From Balneolaceae bacterium (GTDB lineage: Bacteria > Bacteroidota > Rhodothermia > Balneolales > Balneolaceae): a stretch of 37,687 nucleotides of DNA. This document shows, in pieces, positions 9,964 through 20,367 of this stretch. The translations under genes were made by a program, and so were the position numbers. Below the pieces are notes generated by a model, which was given only the letters and a program-made list of their open reading frames with translations, was not told where the DNA came from and did no database searches. The DNA is taken from contig JAWVYR010000001.1 in NCBI GenBank assembly GCA_033722635.1, positions 1 to 37,687 on the forward strand. Direction: 5' to 3'. Each line of letters opens with the position of its first letter. Position 1 is the first letter of the stretch.

Positions 9964-11124
9964 TCAAATCCTGATACCGGCTGTCAGGTTTTGAGCACGG
10001 GTATAGACCGTTCCCAGGTCGTCGCCCAAAAGAGTATAATGGCCCATCTTGCGTCCCGGCCGGCTGTCCAGCTTGCCGTAGATATGGAGATGGCCGTCGC
10101 TTTGCCGGAGCGCATCCAGCGCCTGGTCGACGATCGCCTGCCGCTGGTCGGTGCCCAGCAGGTTGATCATTGCAACGGCGGGCGCTCTCAGCCCGGGGGC
10201 GCCGAGCGGCAGTCCCAACACCGCCCGCACATGATTTTCAAATTGTGAGGTGACAGAGCCTTCGATCGTGTAGTGCCCCGAGTTGTGGGGCCGGGGGGCC
10301 GACTCGTTCAGCAGTACCTCGCCCTCCCGGGTCAAAAAGAATTCATAGGCGAACAGCCCCTTGCCGTCGATCGCCTCGGTCGCCCGCACCGCCAGCTCCT
10401 TCACCCGCTCCCTTATAGATGCATCGACAGGAGCGGGGGAGAGAACGGCCACACAGATATGATCTTCCTGCACCGTCTGGCAACAGGGATAGACCACTGT
10501 ACCGGTTTCGTTCCGGGCCACCTGCACCGCCAGCTCATGGGTAAAATCGACATACGCTTCCGCTATAAGCTCATGGCCCGCTTCCCCTCCCAGCTTCACG
10601 AAGGCTTTATCGGCTTCCTCCCGATTGCCCACTGTCTCGTTGCCATATCCGTCGTATCCGCCCTTCGACGACTTCAGCAGGTAGGGCCAGCCGTATCGAT
10701 CGCCGAATCGCCCGAGATCCGCTTTATTTTCAATCCGTTCATAGGGGGTTACCGGAATGCCGGCTTCCTCAAAAGTCTGTTTTTCGATCATCTTGTTCTC
10801 GATCATCGCAAATGAATCGGGGGAGGGGTAGATGGGTACACCGCTTTGCCGCTGTGTTTTGCGCAGGATCTCCGAGCTGATAAATTCATTCTCCAGGGTG
10901 AGCAAATCGCAGGATTCGGCAAAAGCAGACATCTCCTCCGCGGAGCCGAAGGAGCCGGTCGTGGAGTAGGGGGTCATGAACTGCACGGGTTCGTTTTCGG
11001 GCCGGTCGGAATATACTGCCACCTGGATGCCGAATCGGAACGCCTGCAGCGCCGACATGCGGGCCAGCTGACCGGCCCCGAGGAATCCCAACCGAAAGTT
11101 GGCTGAAAGAGGATGATTGCTCAC
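9964..11124 (-). CDS. purK: 5-(carboxyamino)imidazole ribonucleotide synthase
   Basis: 386 aa with a GTG start. N-terminal LGFLGAGQLARM, an ATP-grasp core, and a position directly upstream of purE. Confidence 0.9.
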   Translation of the reverse strand: MSNHPLSANFRLGFLGAGQLARMSALQAFRFGIQVAVYSDRPENEPVQFMTPYSTTGSFGSAEEMSAFAESCDLLTLENEFISSEILRKTQRQSGVPIYPSPDSFAMIENKMIEKQTFEEAGIPVTPYERIENKADLGRFGDRYGWPYLLKSSKGGYDGYGNETVGNREEADKAFVKLGGEAGHELIAEAYVDFTHELAVQVARNETGTVVYPCCQTVQEDHICVAVLSPAPVDASIRERVKELAVRATEAIDGKGLFAYEFFLTREGEVLLNESAPRPHNSGHYTIEGSVTSQFENHVRAVLGLPLGAPGLRAPAVAMINLLGTDQRQAIVDQALDALRQSDGHLHIYGKLDSRPGRKMGHYTLLGDDLGTVYTRAQNLTAGIRI

Positions 11125-11321
11125 TATTATCGGATTTTTAGCGTTATGTAGCAGGGCGCAATGATACTAAATATCAGCTGCAATATGAAGATCAATTCTG
11201 CCGGGATGATGCTGCATAGTTGTTTGCAGTTGAAATTTATATCTTCGGCTCAAGAGTTGTATTTTGATTGGTCCGGTGATCATTTCCCGGGTAGGATATA
11301 CCGCAAGAACAAATTGTCTAC

Positions 11322-12398
11322 ATGGATATTGAGGAAAAATTACAGCAGGTAAAGGAACGGTTTGAAGAGGTGACGGCTGCCATGAGCGATCCATCCGTCT
11401 TCGATGATCCCGATCGGTACACCGAGCTGACCAAAGAACACAGTGAACTGAAGGACCTGGTGGAGGATTATGACGAGTGGAAACAGATCAAAAGCCAGGT
11501 GGAGGATAACCGGGAATTGATGGAAACCGATGAGGACGAGGAGATCGTTGAGATGGCCCGTGATGAGAATGAGGAACTGACACAGCGCCTGGATGAGCTG
11601 GAGGAGCAGATCAAATTAAAACTGATTCCCAAGGATCCGGATGATTCGAAAAATGTGATTGTGGAGATTCGCGCAGGAACCGGCGGTGATGAGGCGGCGA
11701 TATTTGCGGGAGATCTCTTTGAGATGTATCGTCGATACGCCGACAAGATGGGATGGAAGCTCGGTGTGCTCAGCCTGAATGAATCGAATCACGGCGGATT
11801 CAAGGAGATCATCTTCAGCCTGGAGGGCAATGAGGTATATGGCAAGATGAAATATGAAAGCGGTGTCCATCGCGTGCAGCGGGTACCGGAAACGGAGACC
11901 CAGGGTAGGGTCCACACTTCGGCGGCAACCGTTGCGGTGTTGCCGGAAGCGGAAGAGGTGGATGTGGAGATCAACAGCTCCGATCTTCGAATCGACACCT
12001 TTCGGGCCAGCGGTGCGGGCGGGCAGCATGTGAACAAGACCGACTCGGCGATCCGTATCACCCACGAGCCATCGGGGGTGGTGGTGGAGTGCCAGGAGGA
12101 GCGCTCGCAACATCAGAATAAGGAGAAAGCGATGCGGATGCTGAGAACACGCCTTTACGAGATGGAGGAGGAAAAACAGCGAAAAGAGCGGGCCGAGGAG
12201 CGCAAAAGCCAGATCTCGACCGGCGACCGAAGCGCCAAGATACGCACGTACAACTTTCCCCAGAGCCGCCTTACCGACCATCGGATCAATCTGACGCTCT
12301 ACAATCTGGAGGATATCATGAAGGGGGAACTGGAGGAGGTCATTGAGTCACTTCGGGTGCGGGACAATCTTGAGAAGCTGAACGCGGTTATGGAGTGA
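11322..12398 (+). CDS. prfA: peptide chain release factor 1
   Basis: 358 aa. GGQ motif ([19 protein letters not shown]) and an RF1-type codon-recognition segment [26 protein letters not shown]. No frameshift site, as expected for RF1 rather than RF2. Confidence 0.95.
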   Translation: MDIEEKLQQVKERFEEVTAAMSDPSVFDDPDRYTELTKEHSELKDLVEDYDEWKQIKSQVEDNRELMETDEDEEIVEMARDENEELTQRLDELEEQIKLKLIPKDPDDSKNVIVEIRAGTGGDEAAIFAGDLFEMYRRYADKMGWKLGVLSLNESNHGGFKEIIFSLEGNEVYGKMKYESGVHRVQRVPETETQGRVHTSAATVAVLPEAEEVDVEINSSDLRIDTFRASGAGGQHVNKTDSAIRITHEPSGVVVECQEERSQHQNKEKAMRMLRTRLYEMEEEKQRKERAEERKSQISTGDRSAKIRTYNFPQSRLTDHRINLTLYNLEDIMKGELEEVIESLRVRDNLEKLNAVME

Positions 12399-12423
12399 TC
12401 AAGTTGAAAGTCCGTTCGGCGAG

Positions 12424-12717
12424 TTACCACTGGATGCCGATCCGATCCGGCATGATCAGTGCAATGATAAACAGTATGGCGATGGAAACCAGCGTCGAAT
12501 AGAGTGCCGCTCTGCCCCAGGTTGTTTTTTTCACAAAGCTCAGATAACTGTAGCTGATGGTATAGAGAAAAGTAAAGGCCATTGCCGGGATGATCAGTAC
12601 CAGATCTTTTTCACCTCCCCCGAAATCCACCATCTCGTTCAGTAACAGATAGCCGAGAAGAGCTGTGAACATGGCCGGCCAGCCCAGACCGATTAGATGT
12701 TTAAAAAAGGCGTTCAT
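12424..12717 (-). CDS. hypothetical small membrane protein (3 TM)
   Basis: The ORF track start at 12747 is TTG. The first in-frame ATG at 12717 gives MNAFFKHLIGLGWPAMFTALLGYLLL... Three hydrophobic segments. No family recognised. Confidence 0.45.
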   Translation of the reverse strand: MNAFFKHLIGLGWPAMFTALLGYLLLNEMVDFGGGEKDLVLIIPAMAFTFLYTISYSYLSFVKKTTWGRAALYSTLVSIAILFIIALIMPDRIGIQW

Positions 12718-12819
12718 CCGTTTTTCATGGAGATGCAGGTTATCCAATACAGGGATGATAGGAAGCGGGGAGAATCAAGCCCGCTCCCCCCAATACTTTC
12801 CGGCCCGTTATTATATCAT

Positions 12820-14418
12820 TCAGACATTGGGTCCGGCGGCTACCAGCTCCTTGCTGGCCTCTTTCTTGAACTGATCGAAGTTATCCTCAAACATTTTGGC
12901 CAGGCTTTTCGCCTTTTTGTCGTAGGCCTGTTCATCGTCCCAGGTTTCGCGAGGTATCAGCACCGCATTGGGAACGCCGTCAACCTTTTTCGGTATGGAG
13001 AGACCAAAAATCGGGTCCTCTTGAAATTTAGCGTCGCTGAGATTGCCAGAGAGCGCTGCAGTGAGCATGTTCCGCGTGTACTCCAGTTTTATTCGGTTAC
13101 CCACGCCGAACGGTCCCCCGGTCCACCCGGTGTTGATCAACCAGACCGAGGCATTGTGCTTTTTGATTTTATCGGCCAGCAGTTCCGCATACACCGTCGG
13201 ATGCAGCGGCATGAAGGGCGCCCCGAAGCACGCCGAAAACGTTGCCTGCGGTTCCGTCACCCCCCGTTCGGTTCCCGCCACCTTGGCGGTGTATCCGCTG
13301 ATAAAATGATACATCGCCTGTTCCGGCGTCAGTTTTGAGATAGGAGGCAGAACTCCAAATGCATCGGCGGTGAGGAACACCACGTGGTTGGGATGGTTCC
13401 CCCTGCCGCTCCTGCTGGCATTGGGAATAAAATGAATCGGGTAGGAGCAACGCGTGTTCTGGGTGAGGCTGGCATCATCGAAATCCGGTTCCCGCTCATC
13501 ATCCAGGACCACATTTTCCAGGATCGTGCCCGGCATCTGGGTGGTCTGGTAGATCAGGGGTTCACCCTCTTTTGAGAGATTGATCGTCTTGGCGTAACAT
13601 CCACCCTCAAAATTGAATACTCCGTCTTCGCTCCAGCCGTGCTCATCGTCCCCGATCAGAATGCGGTCGGGGTCGGAGGAGAGCGTGGTTTTTCCGGTGC
13701 CAGAGAGACCGAAAAATACGGCGGTGTTTCCGCTGTCATCCATATTGGCCGAACAGTGCATCGCCATCACATCCTGCTTCGGAAGCAGATAGTTCATTAC
13801 CGAAAATATTCCCTTCTTGACCTCGCCGGAATAGAGAGTCCCGCCGATCAGGATGATACGCTTTTGGAAATTCACCAGGATGAAGGTCTCGGAACGGGTG
13901 CCATCCACCTTCGGATCGGCCTTGAAATGCGGTGCAGCCAATACCGTGAACTCCGGCGTATGGCGTTTGAGTTCATCGTCCGAGGGCCGGATGAACATGT
14001 TATGGGTAAATAGTGCATGATACGCTGCTTCACTGATCACACGCACATTCAGTCGGTATTTCTCATCGGCGCCCGCAAAACAGTCCTTTACGTAAATCTT
14101 TTTGTCTTTTAGATAGCCGACCACCTTTTTTTCAAGGCTTTCGTATATCTCGGGAGATATGGGCCTGTTGATATCGCCCCAGTCGATATCATCGTGAATT
14201 TCAGGTACATCCACGATATATTTGTCTTCGGGGGAGCGGCCGGTGTATTTTCCGGTCAGCACACGCAACGCCATATCCTGAGTGAGAATGGCTTCGTCGT
14301 TCTTGATCGCTTCTTCATAAAGCTCTGCAGGGTTAAGATTCCATAAAGCCTTGTCGTTATCCTGTAGTCCCAGGTAGTCCAACCCGGTCGAACTTTTAGG
14401 ATGAGAATTGGTATTCAT
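12820..14418 (-). CDS. pckA: phosphoenolpyruvate carboxykinase (ATP)
   Basis: 532 aa with kinase-1a loop FFGLSGTGKTTLS, the IGDDEHGW motif and the overall length of ATP-dependent PEPCK. Confidence 0.95.
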   Translation of the reverse strand: MNTNSHPKSSTGLDYLGLQDNDKALWNLNPAELYEEAIKNDEAILTQDMALRVLTGKYTGRSPEDKYIVDVPEIHDDIDWGDINRPISPEIYESLEKKVVGYLKDKKIYVKDCFAGADEKYRLNVRVISEAAYHALFTHNMFIRPSDDELKRHTPEFTVLAAPHFKADPKVDGTRSETFILVNFQKRIILIGGTLYSGEVKKGIFSVMNYLLPKQDVMAMHCSANMDDSGNTAVFFGLSGTGKTTLSSDPDRILIGDDEHGWSEDGVFNFEGGCYAKTINLSKEGEPLIYQTTQMPGTILENVVLDDEREPDFDDASLTQNTRCSYPIHFIPNASRSGRGNHPNHVVFLTADAFGVLPPISKLTPEQAMYHFISGYTAKVAGTERGVTEPQATFSACFGAPFMPLHPTVYAELLADKIKKHNASVWLINTGWTGGPFGVGNRIKLEYTRNMLTAALSGNLSDAKFQEDPIFGLSIPKKVDGVPNAVLIPRETWDDEQAYDKKAKSLAKMFEDNFDQFKKEASKELVAAGPNV

Positions 14419-14805
14419 CAGGTCTGTAAATTTTATAATAATTTCGGTTTAAACGCTTAATATCTACCGCTGCTATAATTGTAAAAACAAGTTTCTATGT
14501 ATTCGTTCAACCGTGCTAATAATAAGGATAATTGAAGTGAAATAATGTGGTAGATTGTATTACAGTTTGCCCCGGTATTATCCGGCATTTTCCTAATTTT
14601 TTTGTGTCAGCCTGTTATTTTTTTGAAAAATATGATTTTATTGGGTGCCTCAATGCAATTTTTTAAATGGTTCCCCATTCAGTTAATGTGATCTAGTAAC
14701 GTTGCAGGATCAAAAATTGAGCGAAATACTGCAAGTTGTGGTAGAACGCTGCGTACTTCCCTGTAACCGGTAAAAAACATCTTATTCAATCTTATTTCAG
14801 TATAA

Positions 14806-15672
14806 ATGGATGAATCACACCTTACCATCGGCCTTCTGCAGATGAGCTGTACTGAGTCACCCGACCGGAACGTAGAGAAGGCAGAGGAGATGGTTCGGGA
14901 AGCTGCTTCCAGGGGTGCCGATATCGTCTGCCTGCAGGAGCTCTTTCACACAATCTATTTCTGCAGGGAGATCGATGACACCTATTTCCAATGGGCCGAG
15001 ACGCTTACAGGTCCGCTGATACAACGATTGTCTGCAATGGCCGCTGATCTTGAAATCGTATTGGCGGCTCCTTTCTTTGAAAAAAGGGCTCCGGGTGTGT
15101 ATCACAATTCACTGGTTGTTTTTGACGAGCAGGGAGAACGGTTGGGTCTCTACCGTAAAAAACACATCCCGGATGATCCGGGCTTTTATGAAAAGTATTA
15201 TTTCACCCCGGGTGAGGATGAGTACCAGGTCTATTCCACCTCCTTCGGCAGGATCGGTCCGCTGATCTGCTGGGACCAGTGGTATCCGGAGGCGGCGCGT
15301 ATTACCGCTCTGAAGGGGGCTGAAATTCTGATCTATCCCACGGCGATCGGTACTCTTCCGGGAGAGGATGCCGAGACCGAAGAGCAGTTCCTGGATGCAT
15401 GGCAAACCATCCAGCGAAGCCACGCTATTGCCAACGGGTGTTTTGTGGCCAGCATCAATCGGGTCGGGCAGGAGGGAGAGGTGAAATTTTGGGGACACTC
15501 TTTCGTTACAGGACCCTTCGGGCGAATGATCGGCCAGGCCGGTGGCGAAGAGCAAATACTGCTGGCAGAAATCGATCTTTCTTCAATCGAGAAGCAGCGC
15601 CAGACCTGGCCATTCTTCCGGGATCGGAGGATCGATACCTACGCTCCCATTTTGAAAAGAATGGATGATTGA
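14806..15672 (+). CDS. aguB: N-carbamoylputrescine amidase
   Basis: 288 aa. CN-hydrolase with E-K-C contexts VCLQELF, YRKKHIP and LICWDQWYPE. Immediately upstream of agmatine deiminase. Confidence 0.85.
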   Translation: MDESHLTIGLLQMSCTESPDRNVEKAEEMVREAASRGADIVCLQELFHTIYFCREIDDTYFQWAETLTGPLIQRLSAMAADLEIVLAAPFFEKRAPGVYHNSLVVFDEQGERLGLYRKKHIPDDPGFYEKYYFTPGEDEYQVYSTSFGRIGPLICWDQWYPEAARITALKGAEILIYPTAIGTLPGEDAETEEQFLDAWQTIQRSHAIANGCFVASINRVGQEGEVKFWGHSFVTGPFGRMIGQAGGEEQILLAEIDLSSIEKQRQTWPFFRDRRIDTYAPILKRMDD

Positions 15673-15713
15673 TCGAATAATCGCGGCAATTCTCAGGATA
15701 AAACAGTTATACC

Positions 15714-16811
15714 GTGTCTTCCAACAGTTCTAGCGACCTTCTCATCGACAATCCGGCACAACAGGGATACCGGCTGCCCGCAGAGTGGACCCGGCATGAT
15801 GCAACGCTGATGATCTGGCCCTCCAACAGGGCGACCTGGCCCGGTGGGAGATTACGGCGGGTTGAATCGGTATTTCTGGATATCATCGAGGTGCTGAGTC
15901 GGTACGAGCCGATCTGCCTGTTGGCGGAGAACAGCCGGGTTCGGGATCGGATCAACGGATACTTTTCGGATCGTGATATCGATGCCAGGGAGATCGAAAT
16001 TTGTATTCAGCCGGTCAATGATGTCTGGGCCCGTGACAGCGGTCCGATCTGTATCCTCAAAGAGGGGGAATCGAACAGTAGCTGTTTGTTTACCGATTGG
16101 GAATACAACGCCTGGGGGAGAAAATACCTGCCCTATGAAGATGACAACCGAATTCCTGCTTTCCTGGCCTCACACTTCGGGGTAGACCGGCTGGATCTTG
16201 ATATGGTGCTCGAGGGAGGTTCCGTTGAGACCAACGGCGACGGAGTTCTTCTGACTACGGAATCGGTGCTGCTGAATTCGAACAGAAATCCGAATATGGG
16301 AAAGGAGGCGATCGAACAGCAGCTGATGGATGTGTTGGGGATAGAAAAGATCATATGGCTGAAGCGGGGGCTGGCCGGCGACGACACCGACGGCCATATC
16401 GACGATCTGGCCCGTTTCCTAAACAAAAACACCATACTGGCCATGAAGACCGACGATCCTGCGGATCTGAACCATGAAGCACTGATGGAAAATCTCGAAA
16501 TACTGCGCTCTTCCACCGACCGGCAGGGAAATGAGTTCGAGATCGTGACGCTGCCGATGCCCGAAACCCGCACCGAAGAACCGACGGTTGACGGATCCGG
16601 GGAGGTGCCCGCAAGCTACGCCAATTTTTATATCGGCAACGGCGTTGTGCTGGTCCCGATCTTTAACGATCCGAACGACCGCGAGGCGTTGGCGCTCTTG
16701 AAGCATTATTTCCCCAGGCGGGAGGTGGTAGGAATCAACTGCACCGAACTTGTTTGGGGCCAGGGATCGATCCACTGCATCACCCAGCCGCTGTACGGCA
16801 TCCGGTCTTGA
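15714..16811 (+). CDS. aguA: agmatine deiminase
   Basis: 365 aa with a GTG start. PAD_porph-type motifs WARDSGP, EGGSVETNGDGVLLTTE, DGHIDDLARF and the C-terminal catalytic Cys context GQGSIHCITQ. Confidence 0.9.
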   Translation: MSSNSSSDLLIDNPAQQGYRLPAEWTRHDATLMIWPSNRATWPGGRLRRVESVFLDIIEVLSRYEPICLLAENSRVRDRINGYFSDRDIDAREIEICIQPVNDVWARDSGPICILKEGESNSSCLFTDWEYNAWGRKYLPYEDDNRIPAFLASHFGVDRLDLDMVLEGGSVETNGDGVLLTTESVLLNSNRNPNMGKEAIEQQLMDVLGIEKIIWLKRGLAGDDTDGHIDDLARFLNKNTILAMKTDDPADLNHEALMENLEILRSSTDRQGNEFEIVTLPMPETRTEEPTVDGSGEVPASYANFYIGNGVVLVPIFNDPNDREALALLKHYFPRREVVGINCTELVWGQGSIHCITQPLYGIRS

Positions 16812-16838
16812 AGGGTGTGAATGGTTTTATTTCATTAG

Positions 16839-17396
16839 TCAGAGGTTCAGGAAATCGGCCTGCTGTTGATCGATGCTGATCTCGGGCCGGTGTTGCCTGA
16901 TCAGCTGCATGATCTTTGCGATATCTTTGATCCTGAGCGTAAACTGAATCTTGCCGAGGTCGATAAGCCGCTCTGTTTTCCCTTCCTGTTTTTTAATAAC
17001 CAGGTGATAGTTCGGGGTAAAGTCAAAGAGGGCTTCATCCTCGGAAGGCGGCTGATGAGGGAGGAAGTAGAGTTCTTCGATATCGGGTAGGTGATGCCGT
17101 AAGACGGATATCTTCTCCGTCTCCTGCCAGGCTTCGATCTCCAGTTGATCTCCCGAGACCTGGAGCTCGAAGCGGAAGCGGGGCTCCGAAATTTTCAGGA
17201 TGCCGATAAAGGCTACCACGATAAGCAGCAGTGCTAACAGCTGTTTGTATCCCAGCGTGAACAGGTTCTCCGAGAAGAAGGCGTCGCCCAACAGGTAGGT
17301 AGCCGATCCGGTACCGACGATAATCAGTAACCCCCAGATCAGGGTCGGCTGTTCCTCATATACGGTCAACGAGTGATTCATGGGCGGCTGTGGCAT
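16839..17396 (-). CDS. hypothetical membrane protein (2 TM plus ~110-aa cytoplasmic domain, possibly PH-like/YdbS-like)
   Basis: 185-aa ATG ORF with two adjacent hydrophobic segments (LIWGLLIIVGTGSATYLL; LLALLLIVVAFIGILKI) followed by a beta-rich domain. The PH-like call is only an architectural guess. Confidence 0.5.
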   Translation of the reverse strand: MPQPPMNHSLTVYEEQPTLIWGLLIIVGTGSATYLLGDAFFSENLFTLGYKQLLALLLIVVAFIGILKISEPRFRFELQVSGDQLEIEAWQETEKISVLRHHLPDIEELYFLPHQPPSEDEALFDFTPNYHLVIKKQEGKTERLIDLGKIQFTLRIKDIAKIMQLIRQHRPEISIDQQQADFLNL

Positions 17397-17500
17397 TCAG
17401 ATCAATCCGAAATGGTTAAAATAGCACTAATAAATGGTTTCTATTCTTAATATCTTCCGCGTGCAGCATTCTTGTTTCTAAATCTCTTTTTTATTTCCCG

Positions 17501-18949
17501 ATGTCAACGATAGATCATGAAAATTATGAGGCGGTGATCGGCCTGGAGGTGCACTGCCAGCTGCTGACACGCAGCAAAGCTTTTGCCCCGGTTTCGACGG
17601 AATTCGGGGCCGACCCCAACACCCAGGTGACCCCGCTCTGCCTGGGCCACCCGGGAACCCTCCCGGTGATAAACGAGAACCTGGTGCGGTATACCCTGCG
17701 GATGGGGCTGGCCACCAACTGTTCGATCACCCGAAAATCGATCTTCGCCCGAAAAAACTATTTTTACCCCGATCTGCCGAAAGGGTACCAGATTTCGCAG
17801 TATGAGACCCCGATCTGCCGGAACGGCTATATCGACATCAAGCTGGACGATTATGACAAAAAGATCGGGATCACCCGCATTCACATGGAGGAGGATGCCG
17901 GAAAATCGATACACGACCAGGATCCCTACCACACGCTCATCGATCTCAACCGGGCAGGGGTGCCGTTGATCGAAATCGTTTCGGAGCCGGATATCCGTAC
18001 CCCCCGTGAAGCCTATGCCTACATGAAGAGAATCAAACAGATCGTGCAGTATCTTGAGATCTGTGACGGAAATATGGAGGAGGGAAGTCTCAGGTGCGAT
18101 GCCAACGTATCGGTGCGTCCACGCGGGGAGAAAGCTTTCGGCACCCGGACGGAGCTTAAAAACATGAATTCGTTCCGGAATGTGGAACGGGCGCTTGAGT
18201 TTGAAATCGACCGGCAGATCGAGCTGAGAGAGGCGGGCGAGCCGGTGATTCAGCAGACCCTGCTGTGGGATGCCGACAAGATGGAGACCCGGCAGATGCG
18301 TACCAAGGAGGAGGCTCACGACTACCGGTACTTTCCCGAACCCGATATTCCCCCGGTGATTGTTTCGGAAACGCTGCTCGATGAGGTGCGGGAGGAGCTC
18401 CCGGAGATGCCGGATGTGCGCCAGCAGCGGTTTGTTGAAGAATACGAGCTCACTCTCGATGACGCCCGTATTCTGACGGAGGATCGCTATCTCGCCGATT
18501 ATTTCGAGAAAGCCGCGGAAGAATCGGGAAGCGTCCGGACCACCGCCAACCTTATTCTGACCGAAGTGCTTCGAGTATTGAATGAACGCAGCATCAATAT
18601 CGATGAATTTCCCATCGAAACAGGTCAGCTTTCGGGACTGGTCAGGCTCAGGGAGGAGGACAAAATCAACTCCTCTGCAATGACCAAGATTTTCAATGCG
18701 ATGCTGGAGGGCGACAAATCGGCGGAGCAATACGCCGAGGAGATGAATCTCATGCAGGTGTCCGACAGCGATTTTATTGAACCGATCGTCGATCGGATAA
18801 TCGAGGATCATCCCGATGAAGTGGAGCGTTACAGGGAGGGAAAGAAAGGATTGATTGGATTCTTCATCGGCCAGGTGATGCAGCAATCCCAGGGAAAAGC
18901 CAACCCTCAGCTGGTTCGTGAGCTGATCAGTGAGAAGTTGGAAGATTGA
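17501..18949 (+). CDS. gatB: Asp-tRNA(Asn)/Glu-tRNA(Gln) amidotransferase subunit B
   Basis: 482 aa with N-terminal YEAVIGLEVHCQL, NYFYPDLPKGYQISQ, RIHMEEDAGK and a GatB/YqeY C-terminal domain. Confidence 0.95.
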   Translation: MSTIDHENYEAVIGLEVHCQLLTRSKAFAPVSTEFGADPNTQVTPLCLGHPGTLPVINENLVRYTLRMGLATNCSITRKSIFARKNYFYPDLPKGYQISQYETPICRNGYIDIKLDDYDKKIGITRIHMEEDAGKSIHDQDPYHTLIDLNRAGVPLIEIVSEPDIRTPREAYAYMKRIKQIVQYLEICDGNMEEGSLRCDANVSVRPRGEKAFGTRTELKNMNSFRNVERALEFEIDRQIELREAGEPVIQQTLLWDADKMETRQMRTKEEAHDYRYFPEPDIPPVIVSETLLDEVREELPEMPDVRQQRFVEEYELTLDDARILTEDRYLADYFEKAAEESGSVRTTANLILTEVLRVLNERSINIDEFPIETGQLSGLVRLREEDKINSSAMTKIFNAMLEGDKSAEQYAEEMNLMQVSDSDFIEPIVDRIIEDHPDEVERYREGKKGLIGFFIGQVMQQSQGKANPQLVRELISEKLED

Positions 18950-18993
18950 ACGTTTTTTGTTAAATACGCTGATATCCGTTTAGCTTTAGGAAT

Positions 18994-20367
18994 ATGGGGA
19001 TGAACTCACTTTCACGTACCGTTCTGATTGTTGTTCTGCCGTTTTTACTGTTTGCCTGCGGTGAAAAAAAGGAGGAGGCACTGACCACCCACGTCAAGGG
19101 CAGAATAACCGTTGCCGACTCGGTTGATGCATCCGGCAATTTTTCAGGTATCGGGATTACCATTATCAAAAAAGACTCAGCCAATGCCGATGCGGATACC
19201 CTGTTTCACGAGACCACTGCCGGCGACGGTACATTCTCAGGCACGGCCCGTTTTCCGGAGAAGCGTAGGTATACCATGTTGTTCAGCCGCAACAGCAGTC
19301 GCATCGGTGCCGCCAATGTTATTCTGGCTGACGGCGATACCCTAACGGTGTCCGGTGTTCTGCCAGCCCTGGACCGGACGCTGAAGATGGATTCCAGGGA
19401 GCACCAGGCCTTGAATACATTTCAGCGGGTCGACCGGCAGTTCAGGCGGGTGTTGGCCTATGCACGCTTGGGTGAGATACCGGCCGACAGCCTGAACGTG
19501 GAGCTGGAGAAATGGATCAACATCTACTGGGAAGTTTATGAAGATCATGAGGGTACCATGGCAAGCCGGTTTGCGGCGGCCGAAGCGCTCCGTCTGATGG
19601 AGGGGTGGAAGGGCCGGGAGTTGATGCAGCGACTGCGGTCGATACAAGATGATGACGATCTGGCCGGTTTGGCAGCTCGATACGGGAAAGAGTATCTGGC
19701 CGAGACACACGGCCTGGATCGCTCGCTGAGCTACCTCGATACCCTCCTGCAGATAACAGAGGAGCAGGATATCAGGATGTATATCCAGATGGAACGGATC
19801 AAACTGCTCTACGACAGCGCCCGGACGGAGGAGGCCCGGCAACGCCTGGAGGCCTTTCGGGGCCGGTATGCCCAGAATATGATTGCAAAAAGATGGGCGG
19901 ATGATATCTCCTACGACCTGAACTACCTTTCTCCCGGTGATTCTATCCCCGATTTCGAATTCCGAGCCAACGGAGGCACCCTCAGCAAGGATTCGTTGCT
20001 GGGATCCCCCTATATTCTGGAGATCACCAGCCTCACCAACCCGCTCTATCAGGAACAGTACGACCGAACGGTTGTGATTCACAGCATTTATAAAAATTTT
20101 GGATTGGATGTGGTAACGATCCCGCTGGATACCAGCCAGGTGACGGTCGACAGTTTTTTCGAGGAACGGGTCAGGCCCTGGGTTGTTGCTCCGGCGAAAG
20201 CGTTTGAGCGGGATGTGCTGCTGAAGACATTCAATATCACCGCGATACCGACCCGCTTTCTGGTTGACCGTGAGGGGCGGATAGTCCGCAAGTATGTGGG
20301 GCGCGAGTACAAGGATGTGATACAGGGAATTCAATCACTAATGAAAGAAGAGGAACCCGCTTCATGA
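18994..20367 (+). CDS. TlpA-like thioredoxin-fold lipoprotein lacking the CxxC active site
   Basis: 457 aa with lipobox LLFAC. The C-terminal ~150 aa follow the TlpA/AhpC-TSA fold pattern (PDFEF...L..GSPYILEI ... ITAIPTRFLVDREGRIVRKY). The position of WCxxC reads SLTNPL. The stop overlaps the tpiA start (ATGA). Confidence 0.65.
   Translation: MGMNSLSRTVLIVVLPFLLFACGEKKEEALTTHVKGRITVADSVDASGNFSGIGITIIKKDSANADADTLFHETTAGDGTFSGTARFPEKRRYTMLFSRNSSRIGAANVILADGDTLTVSGVLPALDRTLKMDSREHQALNTFQRVDRQFRRVLAYARLGEIPADSLNVELEKWINIYWEVYEDHEGTMASRFAAAEALRLMEGWKGRELMQRLRSIQDDDDLAGLAARYGKEYLAETHGLDRSLSYLDTLLQITEEQDIRMYIQMERIKLLYDSARTEEARQRLEAFRGRYAQNMIAKRWADDISYDLNYLSPGDSIPDFEFRANGGTLSKDSLLGSPYILEITSLTNPLYQEQYDRTVVIHSIYKNFGLDVVTIPLDTSQVTVDSFFEERVRPWVVAPAKAFERDVLLKTFNITAIPTRFLVDREGRIVRKYVGREYKDVIQGIQSLMKEEEPAS

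Noticed and set aside
12775-12799. A terminator hairpin downstream of pckA (ggggag...ctcccc or gcggg...cccgc).
   Set aside because: The stems are only 5-6 bp with a 10-11-nt loop, and there is no T-run on the pckA strand. This is too weak to call.
17504-18886. A very long antisense ORF (460 aa) opposite gatB. Similar shadow ORFs lie opposite glnN (26206-27312), the TlpA-like gene (19342-20334), purD (21184-22140), menD (34834-35853), lnt (4088-4753), prfA (11616-12281) and purK (10273-10815).
   Set aside because: Each lies entirely within a confidently identified gene on the other strand. The translations are low-complexity and rich in Arg, Pro, Gly and His, with no recognisable motifs. These are typical stop-poor antisense frames of GC3-rich genes.
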